This document shows positions 9,461 to 19,451 of a DNA stretch of 37,609 nucleotides, piece after piece; the first letter of the stretch is position 1, and each line of letters begins with the position of its first letter. The translations under genes and the position numbers were made by a program. The notes beneath the pieces were generated by a model that saw only the letters and a list, made by a program, of their open reading frames with translations, was not told where the DNA came from and ran no database searches. The stretch spans positions 1-37,609 of the forward strand of contig JAEEML010000069.1 of assembly GCA_016283195.1 (NCBI GenBank), read 5' to 3'. The DNA is from Deltaproteobacteria bacterium. Lineage in GTDB: Bacteria > JAEEML01.

Positions 9461-10231
9461 TTAGTCTTTTATGCAACGCACCGAGCAGGAAATATTTTCT
9501 TTTTTCTCAATTTCAACACTCATCCAAGTTATTTTCAGCGGAGAACCTGTAGAGCAGAAATAGGCAAAATCACCCATTCTATCATAAAAGGGATCAACAT
9601 TATTTCTTCCAGCATAACGGTAGCCGGCTGGCAGGGCCGAAAAGCCATAAGTATTTTCGCCCTCATGAAAGCTTTTATCTCTAAGTCTTTTGGCCGGTAT
9701 CTCGCTGGAGGTAGTTATATCTCCACCGGCAAAAGCAATTAAATTTTGAAATTCTTCTTCGCTCGGCAAGTGCCACCCGGCAGGGCAAACTCTTATGGCA
9801 TCTGTCTGGTCATAAAGGCAGCCATATTGCTCAATAAATTGAGGATTTTGCTCTATATCGGCATAGCAGGTGACTGCGCTGCCGCCATTTGTCTGTTTAG
9901 TAGCTAAATTTTCGGCCATCCATTCCTTATTATTAATGACCACGGTTTTATATGTTTTGCCATCCACGGTAAGAGTGGAATAAGCGTGGCAGGCGCCATC
10001 TAGACAATAGCCAAAATTACCACAATCACTAATGGTAGCGCACACAGGTAAACATTCACCTTGGGTAAATTTTAAACTTTCTGCGCACTTAAAGCCATCT
10101 ACACATGAACGATCTTCATTACAAGGATAGGTGACTTCTCTCGAGGTGACATCGGCAAAATACATACAACCACCAGCTGTTAAAAGCGGCATTACGCTGA
10201 ATATGAATTTTAATTCTTTTAATTTCATCAC
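9461..10231 (-). CDS. Lipoprotein with Cys-rich repeats and one FISUMP (Fib_succ_major) domain
   Basis: Lipobox-like TAGGC, then YKTVVINNKEWMAENL, YGCLY, CPAGWHLPS, GFSALPAG and SVRCIKD. Confidence 0.85.
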   Translation of the reverse strand: MMKLKELKFIFSVMPLLTAGGCMYFADVTSREVTYPCNEDRSCVDGFKCAESLKFTQGECLPVCATISDCGNFGYCLDGACHAYSTLTVDGKTYKTVVINNKEWMAENLATKQTNGGSAVTCYADIEQNPQFIEQYGCLYDQTDAIRVCPAGWHLPSEEEFQNLIAFAGGDITTSSEIPAKRLRDKSFHEGENTYGFSALPAGYRYAGRNNVDPFYDRMGDFAYFCSTGSPLKITWMSVEIEKKENISCSVRCIKD

Positions 10232-10237
10232 CCACTC

Positions 10238-11776
10238 CTACCACCTGGCGCCGATGGTGAGCAGCGCTGCTTTTTTACTCACCGCTGGTGCAATGGTAAC
10301 AGACTGCTTATCAAGCTTTTTCTTACTCTTTTGGTATTTTACCCCAAAAATTATTGCGGTGGCCACGGCCGCTCCGGTTATACCAAAAGTGACATAACTG
10401 GCCACCTCCATGGAGCGGCCTCTTTGGGCTATAGCGGCCGCCTCGGTTTGGGAGAGTAGATTATTATTGGTTATTGGTTCATTACCTCTAAACTCATCTT
10501 CCGCCTCATGGGACTTAGCGGAATAAATAGCGGCCGACGAAATGAGGGCGATACCGGTAACGGCGAGAGCTCCGCCAAGAGCTCCGGCGGTAATAGAAGC
10601 GGCCAATAGCTTTGTATTGCCCTTGTTCTCTGGGGTCGCGCCGGTTTCCGGCCGGCTGGTTATGGCCGCCTCTTCGTTAGAACCCCGGATACAGCGCACT
10701 GCCAAATAACTGCTTCTTTTTCCGCTGGTTACTAAAGCTTTGCCGCTATCCACATATAATCCGTAGGCCTTGTTATTTTTATAGGCTGTACTTGACCAAA
10801 AATAGGCCTCGGTATCAAAAAATGAGCAGCCGCTCTTGTCGCAGCTACCGGCCGGCAAAGCGGAAAAGCCGGAGACATTTTTGCCTCTATCCCATTTTTT
10901 ATGGCGCAGATTATCGGAGCCTATAGCCCCCTTGCCAACCTGGTTTAAGAGGCGATCAAAATCCACTTTGCTTGGCAGGCGCCAGCCGGCCGGGCAGACT
11001 TTTTGGGCATCTTTAAAGGTGTAAAGCGCGCCATATTCTTTTTGCTTGCTGTTAATTTTATAGTCGATGTCGGCGGCAATATATTTCATGTTTTCGGCCA
11101 GCCAGGTGTGCCCGTCGATTTCCACCGTTTTGTAAACGGTGCCATCGCGCTCATCGGTAAAAGTGGCCCCCTGAATAGTCTCTTCGGCATCTTTAAGGCA
11201 GCGCACAGAGAGCCACTCAGTGGTCATATTATGGCATTTATTAGCGGAAACGCGGCCCGGAAGCAGGGTCAAAGAGTTTGCGTTAACTCCCTCATTATCA
11301 CACCAGGTTTTGGACCAAAAATAGGCGCCGGTTCCAAAATTCTCATAGCTACCCGATTCATACCTCCCGGCCGGCAGGGCGGAAAAGCCGGACTCGTTTT
11401 TGCCATCTTGCCAGCTAATATCGCGCAAATTACCCGAGCCCTCCTCACCTTCACCGACTTGGCTTAAAAGCCTGGTAAATTCCACTTTGGATGGCAAATG
11501 CCAGCCGCTGGGGCACACCTTTTGGGCATCGGCCCAGGAATATAAACAGCCATAATTTTTTATGGAACTCCCATGTTTACTATCGGTCCGGCAGCTAATT
11601 TCTTCGGCCACATATTTTATGTTTTCGGCCATCCAAGTCTTTTTGCCAATTTGCACGGTTTTATAAGTTGTGCCATCGCGCACATCGGTAAAAGTGCCCT
11701 GTTCCTGCGCCAAAGCCACGGAAGTAAAGAGTTCTATAGAGATAAAAAGAGCGGTTTTTATCCACACATTGTACAT
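10238..11776 (-). CDS. Secreted protein with two FISUMP domains and a C-terminal hydrophobic hairpin
   Basis: Start placed at ATG 11776 (RBS GAGG, signal ending ALA). Two copies of FTD.RDG.xYKTV...W(M/L)AEN...CPxGWxLPS...VRC, followed by two hydrophobic helices and a terminal LLTIGARW. Confidence 0.85.
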   Translation of the reverse strand: MYNVWIKTALFISIELFTSVALAQEQGTFTDVRDGTTYKTVQIGKKTWMAENIKYVAEEISCRTDSKHGSSIKNYGCLYSWADAQKVCPSGWHLPSKVEFTRLLSQVGEGEEGSGNLRDISWQDGKNESGFSALPAGRYESGSYENFGTGAYFWSKTWCDNEGVNANSLTLLPGRVSANKCHNMTTEWLSVRCLKDAEETIQGATFTDERDGTVYKTVEIDGHTWLAENMKYIAADIDYKINSKQKEYGALYTFKDAQKVCPAGWRLPSKVDFDRLLNQVGKGAIGSDNLRHKKWDRGKNVSGFSALPAGSCDKSGCSFFDTEAYFWSSTAYKNNKAYGLYVDSGKALVTSGKRSSYLAVRCIRGSNEEAAITSRPETGATPENKGNTKLLAASITAGALGGALAVTGIALISSAAIYSAKSHEAEDEFRGNEPITNNNLLSQTEAAAIAQRGRSMEVASYVTFGITGAAVATAIIFGVKYQKSKKKLDKQSVTIAPAVSKKAALLTIGARW

Positions 11777-11962
11777 ATAAGCCTCAAAATTATAGCCCTT
11801 TGGCGGCAAAACTATTTTTGCCCCAAAAGTGCCCAAACAGGGCGTTTTTACCAAGTGTATTAGCTTTTTTCATGCGGCAAAGAGTCTAAGGCAAGGCTTT
11901 GGGGAAAATGGTGATAAAGCCGTGGAGAGATGATGAATTATAATTAGCGAGAAGCGGCAAAA

Positions 11963-12454
11963 TTATTTCTTTTCTTTTAAGAGATCGCGAATTTCGGTTA
12001 AAAGTTGTTGCTCCGGAGTGAGCTCAGGTTCGGCCGGAGCGGCTTCGGCGGCAGCAGCGGCATCCGCTTCGGCTTTAGCTGTAGCCGCATCAGCCACTTT
12101 TTGGCGCATATTCGACATAAAGCCGAGGAATTTTTTCATAACGAGAAAGACAACTATGGCCACAATGAGGAAATCCACAACCCCGCCGATGAAGTTACCA
12201 TAAGGGATGACAACCCCGGCATCGGTGGTGTAAGCCAGTTTTTTGAGCCCCTCGCCGGCATCTTTGGCCCCGCCCATAGCGATGATGGCGGTGATGCAGG
12301 GCATGACAATATCGTTAACAAAAGAGGTGACAATTTTACCGAAAGCGCCACCGATAATAACACCGATGGCCATATCGATAATATTGCCCTTAAAGGCAAA
12401 AGTTTTGAATTCTTCGATTAAGGAAAACGCTTTTTGTTTTACAATATTTGCCAT
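11963..12454 (-). CDS. mscL: Large-conductance mechanosensitive channel
   Basis: EFKTFAFKGNIIDMAIGVIIGGAFGKIVTSFVNDIVMP, YGNFI and LLTEIRDLL. Confidence 0.97.
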   Translation of the reverse strand: MANIVKQKAFSLIEEFKTFAFKGNIIDMAIGVIIGGAFGKIVTSFVNDIVMPCITAIIAMGGAKDAGEGLKKLAYTTDAGVVIPYGNFIGGVVDFLIVAIVVFLVMKKFLGFMSNMRQKVADAATAKAEADAAAAAEAAPAEPELTPEQQLLTEIRDLLKEKK

Positions 12455-12589
12455 AACACACCTCCAACGGTTAAAGGCCCTTTACCCCTATGCTCATTTT
12501 GGAGAAAGATCAAGAGCTCTTTTAGGCTAAATGGTTTTCCCTTTTCAATTATAAAAATGGAGAGGCGCTGGGAAGAGATAGTGTAAAGG

Positions 12590-15500
12590 TTATTCGTTTG
12601 TCATATTGTGCATGACAGAGTGCAGAGAGCGCGGAACTTCCAGTTGCAAGAGCTGCTCCATGGCCTTTTGGTCGCTCACGGTGCGTTGCACTGTGGGCGT
12701 GGGGTTCTCTTTGGTGCCGGGGAGCAATATAGCGCTTTCTACCGTAGCGCCAACTTTGGTGGTAAGACGCGGATCGGCCGGCAATTCGCCGCCCAGATTT
12801 TGTACATCTTTAATTAAAGCCCCTGTTTCGGCATCCAGCATATAGAGGCGGCTATTGCCGTTGCTGCCGGTAGATTCGCCGCAGCTGGAGGCTACGCCGA
12901 CGTCACCGCGGCCGCAGGAGACAGTTGGCTCGTAGGTGGTAATAACTACCATGCCGCCATTTTGGCCGTTGTTCTTGCGATAAGTAATAACACTCGGCGG
13001 GTTGACAACTCTCTCACCCGGCCTTAATTCCAAACGCCAGCCTTTAGCTGCCTTGGCGCTGGTGGCGCCCACACCCACTCTGGCATTAGCTGCTTTTAAG
13101 GTAATGTCTATATCGCTTTCGGTGCAGGGGCCGGTGGATGAGCAAAGCCCGTCTTCTAAAACGACGGAATATATATAGCCTGGGTTTTCGCAAATGAGGT
13201 CATTCCAGGCATAGCCCTCGGCTTGCTTTAAGAGCTGATCGCGGTCGCCGGTGCCAAAGATGGCTCTAAGCTTGTTGTCACCAGTGGAAATAGTTACCGG
13301 CAGGAAGAAAATTTGTTTCTTTTGATAATTTTGCGCCCGCGGTTCGGAATATGGCTCAATTAAGGGGTATTGCGTTCTAAAGACCACTTTGGGGCTATCC
13401 CAGTTGCTGATTTTGCCGCTGCTTAACTTTGTGCCCATGGCCGGTAAATTTTGCAACCACACTTGCCCGCCGTGATCCATAGCCACAATTTTGGTGTACA
13501 TGGGAATGGTGTCGTTTTGCGCGTTTCTAAAGGATTTCGGCCAAGTGAAAACCGGCGGCGCGGCAAAACTGTATTTCATGTTTTTGAGGTTGCTGTCGCT
13601 ATTCTTATATTGAGCGGCATAGAGGAGCTCGCCGGTATAAGGGTCAACAATATAATAGCCGCGCCCTTTTTGATCCAGGCTGTCAAAACCGCCGCCCAAA
13701 AGAGCTACCCACTTGGGCACATTGGTATTAAGCTGAATGGCGCCCACAGCCGACGGACTGGCGCTCATTTCCATCCAGGTTTCGCCGAACTGTTCGGTAA
13801 TCCCCCAGGTGGTGCGGGTGGTGGCACTCTCCGGCGGAAATTCCCAGAGGAATTTGGGGCTGGTTGTATCGGTGACATCCAGAGCATAATAGCTGTGGCC
13901 ACCTTGGCGCATACCGCCTATGAGCACTGTTTTCCATTTGTCTTTATTGGATAATTTATTGAGATCATCGTTGGCGCTGCCGATCCACACATCGCGGTAA
14001 GTCGGTGAAGCGTCAATAAAGTAGGCTTTGTTATCATAGCCACAGCCGGAGCCGTTTACTTTGCACATGTCTTTAAGGCGCGGTAACACGCTGGGCGGAA
14101 TAAAGGCCCAGAGCTCTTCACCGGTGGAATCTACCAGCTCGCCTTTGTTGTTATAAGTGCCGGCATGGAAAGCGTGAATCATGCCATCGTTGGAACCCAC
14201 CACATATATAGCCGGGCGGTTTTTAATAATACCGGCAAAACCGGCATTTTCCTGGCCCACCTGGCGATAGGATTTTTGGGCAAAGCTATCGGAAAGATTG
14301 CTGATTAAAAGTGGTGAAGAGTGGAATATATCACCCAGCTTCCACCAGCCGTCAACTGCCTCGCCTTTACTGTTTAACAAAGTAGAGAGGCTGCGCTCTT
14401 CGGTGGTATCGTTATCAAAATCCAAATCGTCAACATCAATGCCGCGCAAGAATTTAATGAGCCTTATAGCCTCTTCGTTAGAGGAGTAGCCAAAAGCTGT
14501 TTTGAGCTTGGCCAGATTGGTGGTATCGGTTGATAAAAATTCTATTTGTGTATCGCTCGCATCAAATTTGCCATCGGTATTGGCGGCTACCACGGTTTGA
14601 ATATTGCGGCGCGAGCCTGCAGGCTTACTTTCGTCGGCATAGCGGTAACAGCTGCCCACGTTTAAGTGGAAAGGATCCTGAGCCAGGGAGCCGGTGTTTT
14701 TATTTTGGTAATCGCCGGAAAGGCAGAGCTGAGCATCCCAGAAGGGCTTGCTGGCTAAAAGGCCGTCTTTATATTCCACAATAGTGCCATCGGCGCCAAC
14801 AATGCACATCTCGCTGTTATTATCGGGATCGGCGCAGGTGCAGGTGCTTTCAGTATCAAGTTCATCACAGAGTTCAAACTTATACATGTGGGCTTCCCAA
14901 TAAGGGAAGCTGTTTGTTGGCACAAAAGTAGTTGAAACAACAGTATTTTCGCCGCTGCCGCGCACACCGGCGACAGATGGCGCCGTATAGGTCATGGCCC
15001 GCGGCTTGATATCTTTAATGATGGTGGTGAGAGCGTTTTTTAACGAGTCAACATCATATGCCGGAATACAAATACCATCGCCGGCTTTAGCTGTTTGCTC
15101 AAGGACATCAGGACATTTGTCAGGATCCGCGATATTAGGCAAAGCAAACGAAATTGCGTAGGTAGTAATAATATTTCGCACTCCATCCCGCTCATCCATA
15201 AGATCTTTGTTTCGTAAAATATAAGCCACTTCGTCCATACAAGCATTGTTTTTGAATGCTAGTACGCCATCATCTTTGAAAACACTTCCGTAAAGATTAT
15301 CGGCAGTTGGCAAACCTGTAGCGCTGCATGAACCACCTCTCCCGCCGCTTGGTGCATCATAGGTTCCGGTCGGTTCACCATCGGTAAGAACAATCAAAAA
15401 GGAATTAGATTGGCATTTGTCACAAAATTGAGCCTGAGTAGCATCGGTTTTTCTTGCAAAATAGCCTACGTGATCAATGGATTCGGCTATTGGTGTACCA

Positions 15501-17332
15501 GTTGCAAATTTTCCAATCATGCCATATACTTCCTCTTTCATATCTTCTCTGATGTCATCCTCAAGGCAAGGAGTATCCTTCTTATTATCTCTACATGCTG
15601 TTTTGGTTTTTACAGTTGCGCATGATGGCTGGATGTCTTTTGTTGTGCTTTTTGTGGCTGTATAATGTAGATTTTTATTGGCGTTAGATGAACTGTTTCC
15701 AGGTTTGGCTGACGGAATATCAAGATAAGTAGTAATGCCGATGCGGATATCATCTTCCAATTCGCTGCGATCAAAGAGTGAATAAAGAGCAGCCGAAACT
15801 TGGACATCGCGACGGGGGTTAAAATTCATCCAATCACCAAGGTAAGCGTGTTTTTTGGTGAAGGTACAATTGTTGGAAGCAGAGATATTAGGTTCCGAGA
15901 GATTTACTGGGCAAGAGTTACTGGTGGCTGTGCCGGGAACAGATTCAATAGTAGCTAGACCCTGGGTGTTGAAATCGCAGCGCCTTAAGCTTGAGATATC
16001 AATGGCATCAATAGCTACTCCACTACACGTTCGCTCATCGCTGTATTGCCAGAACCAAGAATCATAAACACGCTCGACATTGCCTTTACCATATTTGATG
16101 GTTAACCGTAATGTATCGCCGTTAGTTAGGTCAATAGTAATTGGCTGACTTACCCAAGCTTGATTTTGACTATCCGGCTTTAGCGAATTGTTTGTTTGCC
16201 AACTGTTTTTATAGCTACACCAAGCATTTGCAAGCGAGCCATCATCGCGATCGGTAATGGCGCCGCTGTTGAGTTCTATGACGGCGGAAGCATGTACGGT
16301 ATTGCCTCTAACACTTTCGACACGAAGTGTGGCAGAGCCATCATCTGGAGTACGGTTAAAAGTCGGGGTGATAATGTAACTGCCAGTTGCACCGGTAAAG
16401 GTTGTAGAGAGTTGGTAGGCATAAGTTCTTGAGGTACTGGTCGCTACATCGGCGCGTATATAAGTGCGCCCATTATTGCTTTCTATTCGCGGGGTTAGAC
16501 AGTTGGCATTACCTCCTCCACAAGATGAGCTACTACTTCTAGTCATATCTTCGGCTTCAATATGGATATTATCATCTGTAGAAGGTAAATTAACTTGTGA
16601 GCCAGAGGTATTTTGGCCACAATTACATGAATTATATGGGTCACCGCTACCGCTACCGCATAGTGTGGAATAGTAACCCTGAGTACGCATACTATAGACA
16701 CAGCGGTTGATTTCTTCACATGATGAATACTTTGAGCAATATCTATATACTGTAGCATCAAATGTTTCTTTTTCGTTTGATGACCCGCGTCCGCAGGAAT
16801 TAACGGTGCCTTTCATAGAAGGAGCTTCATATACGTCAGGTCGATTAGAATAAGGGGCAGCAGTGTACCAGATACTGCAGCTTTTGTAATAGTCGGTCGC
16901 TTCCGGGCCTTTGGTTACAAGTGGTTTGTAATGTGGTCCTAGCCAAGTTATGCCGTCAGTGTCATAGACACCGACATACTTATCACGCTCCCCATCGCCA
17001 TTTATATCCGGCCCTAAAAGCTCATCAAAATTGCTATTAGCGCAAATTTTTGAATTGTTTGGTGCTTGCTTTTCATACCAACCATCTTTATAGCAATCTT
17101 CGCAGTTGTGAGAGAGCATGGAACCGGAAGTATCAATAAGAAAAGTGACGGTGATAGGCCAGTTGCTGGCTGCTGCTTTGCCGCCTACCGAAAAGAGATC
17201 GATATCATCGGCTTTGGCATTGCTCGGCAGGAGCAAAAGCGCCATTAACGATAAAAACACCCATCTTCCGTTAAAGGTTGCTTTTTTCATGACTTTATCC
17301 TCAATTTGTTTGTTTACGCTTTGTTTTAACAT
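12590..17332 (-). CDS. pilY1: Type IV pilus tip adhesin PilY1/PilC with vWA domain
   Basis: Signal peptide, MIDAS elements DTSGSM / TP / TDGEP, and beta-propeller motifs LGDIFHSSP, VGSNDGMIHAF, GEELWAFIP, GGMRQGG..YYALDVT..P..LWEF, FGTGD. An alternative start exists at 17290. Confidence 0.92.
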   Translation of the reverse strand: MLKQSVNKQIEDKVMKKATFNGRWVFLSLMALLLLPSNAKADDIDLFSVGGKAAASNWPITVTFLIDTSGSMLSHNCEDCYKDGWYEKQAPNNSKICANSNFDELLGPDINGDGERDKYVGVYDTDGITWLGPHYKPLVTKGPEATDYYKSCSIWYTAAPYSNRPDVYEAPSMKGTVNSCGRGSSNEKETFDATVYRYCSKYSSCEEINRCVYSMRTQGYYSTLCGSGSGDPYNSCNCGQNTSGSQVNLPSTDDNIHIEAEDMTRSSSSSCGGGNANCLTPRIESNNGRTYIRADVATSTSRTYAYQLSTTFTGATGSYIITPTFNRTPDDGSATLRVESVRGNTVHASAVIELNSGAITDRDDGSLANAWCSYKNSWQTNNSLKPDSQNQAWVSQPITIDLTNGDTLRLTIKYGKGNVERVYDSWFWQYSDERTCSGVAIDAIDISSLRRCDFNTQGLATIESVPGTATSNSCPVNLSEPNISASNNCTFTKKHAYLGDWMNFNPRRDVQVSAALYSLFDRSELEDDIRIGITTYLDIPSAKPGNSSSNANKNLHYTATKSTTKDIQPSCATVKTKTACRDNKKDTPCLEDDIREDMKEEVYGMIGKFATGTPIAESIDHVGYFARKTDATQAQFCDKCQSNSFLIVLTDGEPTGTYDAPSGGRGGSCSATGLPTADNLYGSVFKDDGVLAFKNNACMDEVAYILRNKDLMDERDGVRNIITTYAISFALPNIADPDKCPDVLEQTAKAGDGICIPAYDVDSLKNALTTIIKDIKPRAMTYTAPSVAGVRGSGENTVVSTTFVPTNSFPYWEAHMYKFELCDELDTESTCTCADPDNNSEMCIVGADGTIVEYKDGLLASKPFWDAQLCLSGDYQNKNTGSLAQDPFHLNVGSCYRYADESKPAGSRRNIQTVVAANTDGKFDASDTQIEFLSTDTTNLAKLKTAFGYSSNEEAIRLIKFLRGIDVDDLDFDNDTTEERSLSTLLNSKGEAVDGWWKLGDIFHSSPLLISNLSDSFAQKSYRQVGQENAGFAGIIKNRPAIYVVGSNDGMIHAFHAGTYNNKGELVDSTGEELWAFIPPSVLPRLKDMCKVNGSGCGYDNKAYFIDASPTYRDVWIGSANDDLNKLSNKDKWKTVLIGGMRQGGHSYYALDVTDTTSPKFLWEFPPESATTRTTWGITEQFGETWMEMSASPSAVGAIQLNTNVPKWVALLGGGFDSLDQKGRGYYIVDPYTGELLYAAQYKNSDSNLKNMKYSFAAPPVFTWPKSFRNAQNDTIPMYTKIVAMDHGGQVWLQNLPAMGTKLSSGKISNWDSPKVVFRTQYPLIEPYSEPRAQNYQKKQIFFLPVTISTGDNKLRAIFGTGDRDQLLKQAEGYAWNDLICENPGYIYSVVLEDGLCSSTGPCTESDIDITLKAANARVGVGATSAKAAKGWRLELRPGERVVNPPSVITYRKNNGQNGGMVVITTYEPTVSCGRGDVGVASSCGESTGSNGNSRLYMLDAETGALIKDVQNLGGELPADPRLTTKVGATVESAILLPGTKENPTPTVQRTVSDQKAMEQLLQLEVPRSLHSVMHNMTNE

Positions 17333-17356
17333 AGCTACCTCTTCTTGCGGCCCGGC

Positions 17357-18394
17357 TTAAAGCTGGGTGCGGAAAATTTCGCTGCCCATCCACACAAAAT
17401 TGGTTACATCGGCTTCTGAAGCTACCACGCCTTTTTGGGTCATCATATTATTCAGAGAAATATATTCGGAAATAGAGGTAAGCTCTTTATCGCCGGTGTT
17501 TTTGTTTATTTGATAACCGGTGATGGTGATTTCAATAGCTTTAATATCGGCAACGGCAAATTCGTCGGTTGTGGGCACGCCCTCGGCGGTGAGGCCCGTA
17601 AGTTCGTCAGCTGATAAAAAGCCGTCGTGGTTGCTGTCGCTAAAATATTTTACTTTAAATTCCTGTATATCTTCGGCCAGAGGCATATAGTCATCGCCAT
17701 CGACTTTGCCATCGTTATTTAAATCTATGCCCGGTTCCACCACTAAAATATTGGAGTTCTCACCCTGGCTGTTGACTCCGGCACGCACATAAAAAACATA
17801 GCTCTCAAGCAGAGCCACTTTTAGGTGATCGTTATCTTGCGGCGGCAGAGCGAATCCCCAATGATTATCAGCCTTTACCAAAATGTTGTTGCTGCCGTCC
17901 ACGCGGGCGTTGGTGGAAACTACAGTGCCGAAACTGCCGGGATTATTAAAAACAAACAGAGCCTGTCCTTTAGGCCAATCGGGGTCTAAATCATCGGCTG
18001 TCGGCATGGTGAGCGAAAGGTTAGTGGCCGAGGTGCGGCTGGCTTGCCATTCCCCTAGAACATTGCGATAACCGATGTGCAAACGGTCGCCAAAACTTTG
18101 GCCGTCGCTATTTGTCGCGTAGTTGGAAACAGAGTAGGATGAGGTGAGCAAAGTGCGCGGTATGCCGTAACCGGCCATGGCTATTTTTGGGCGCATATAG
18201 GAAATAGCTTGTCTAAGTGAGCGATTAGATTGCATAAATTGTACTTGCTTATCGTGAAAACGCCCCTGAGAGAGCAAAATGCCGGCAGCCCCGCCCACGA
18301 CGATTACGCCGACCACGCCGGCTACCATAAGTTCCACCAGAGTAAAGCCGCGTTCAGAGCGGCGGCGATTATTACTATGCTCCGTATTCTTCAT
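17357..18394 (-). CDS. pilW: Minor pilin, PilW-like
   Basis: Prepilin site ERG/FTLVELM, MAGYG, PLAEDI. ATG 18394 overlaps the pilV stop (ATGA). Confidence 0.82.
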   Translation of the reverse strand: MKNTEHSNNRRRSERGFTLVELMVAGVVGVIVVGGAAGILLSQGRFHDKQVQFMQSNRSLRQAISYMRPKIAMAGYGIPRTLLTSSYSVSNYATNSDGQSFGDRLHIGYRNVLGEWQASRTSATNLSLTMPTADDLDPDWPKGQALFVFNNPGSFGTVVSTNARVDGSNNILVKADNHWGFALPPQDNDHLKVALLESYVFYVRAGVNSQGENSNILVVEPGIDLNNDGKVDGDDYMPLAEDIQEFKVKYFSDSNHDGFLSADELTGLTAEGVPTTDEFAVADIKAIEITITGYQINKNTGDKELTSISEYISLNNMMTQKGVVASEADVTNFVWMGSEIFRTQL

Positions 18395-18852
18395 AGCGCC
18401 CGCCCCGATTGTAAAGAATAAGTACGCCAATCACCATGAACATCGTTGCCTTGATTATCCTGGCTTGATCTCAAAGGATCCCACCAGCGCACAATGACGG
18501 TAACGGTAACATAAGGAATAAGCGCATTTACTTCATCTACTGTCCAGCTGACGGCAAAATTGCCATCTTTGGCTTCATAATTTCCGGCATTCTCGCCGGT
18601 AGCGGTGATATTTTTGAGATTATGTCCGCTCTCCAGCTCGTCATTGGGGAGTTGTAATTTGGCCGATAGAGTTGAGCTGGCAATAACATTGGCTTCAATC
18701 ATCTTTTGGCTATTATGGTTGGCTTTGGCCGAGTAGTTCATCATGGAGAGCAGCCCCAGAGAACCAACGGTAAAGACAAAAGCGCTAACCATGGCTTCAA
18801 TCAGGGTAAGACCGCGATTATATTTGTTTCTTCTTGCTGCTATTTGTACCAT
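18391..18852 (-). CDS. pilV: Minor pilin, PilV-like
   Basis: NRG/LTLIEAMVS, short length, C-terminal VTVTVIVRW. Confidence 0.82.
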   Translation of the reverse strand: MVQIAARRNKYNRGLTLIEAMVSAFVFTVGSLGLLSMMNYSAKANHNSQKMIEANVIASSTLSAKLQLPNDELESGHNLKNITATGENAGNYEAKDGNFAVSWTVDEVNALIPYVTVTVIVRWWDPLRSSQDNQGNDVHGDWRTYSLQSGRAL

Positions 18853-19451
18853 GAACGCACCTCTCCTATGGTGGTTATTACCACCAGCCTGGTACTGGGA
18901 TCATCGGCATCGTAATCATCTTCGGGCACAAGGGTTATATAAGCATATTCCACTTTGGAAAGAGAATCATTGGTTACTTTGTAGAGCTCGCGGTCGGGGC
19001 CGACGGCCAGAGTACCCTTTTGTTTTGAGGCGCTTGTTGTGCAAAAAGAGCAGGGGGTTTTGGGGATAATAAACTGGTAAGGCGCGTCGAGCGCTTTGTT
19101 TTGATAGCCGTCTGCCGGCCCCATTTTTACGTTATGCGGCAAATCGATTTGCGATATTATAGTGTCGTTATCCTCATCAAGTTGCGAATTGTTATCGGTA
19201 TCTTCAAAAAGCACGATTTTATCGTTTGCGGTATCAACATGGATAAAGTGCAGGCGGCCGCTTTTAGCTGCTTTGGTTTGCGCTGTGGCGGCCATGCTGA
19301 AGAATTGCTCGGCGCTGTGCCTGGTGTCGGCATTTTTAATCATTTTGCTAAAATTAGGAGCGGCAATGGCCGCCATAATGCCGACAATAGCCACTACAGC
19401 CATGAGCTCAAGTAGAGTAAAACCGGCGTTTTTATTGGTGCATTTAACCAT
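18840..19451 (-). CDS. fimU: Minor pilin, FimU/FimT (GspH-like)
   Basis: NAG/FTLLELMAVVAIVGIMAAIAAPNF, AQTKA, C-terminal ITTIGEVR. Confidence 0.82.
   Translation of the reverse strand: MVKCTNKNAGFTLLELMAVVAIVGIMAAIAAPNFSKMIKNADTRHSAEQFFSMAATAQTKAAKSGRLHFIHVDTANDKIVLFEDTDNNSQLDEDNDTIISQIDLPHNVKMGPADGYQNKALDAPYQFIIPKTPCSFCTTSASKQKGTLAVGPDRELYKVTNDSLSKVEYAYITLVPEDDYDADDPSTRLVVITTIGEVRSWYK

Noticed and set aside
9461-11400. FISUMP C-termini as diversity-generating retroelement variable regions
   Set aside because: No reverse transcriptase or template repeat is in the window. The three regions differ in length and do not look like adenine-specific variants of one template. A remote DGR cannot be excluded.
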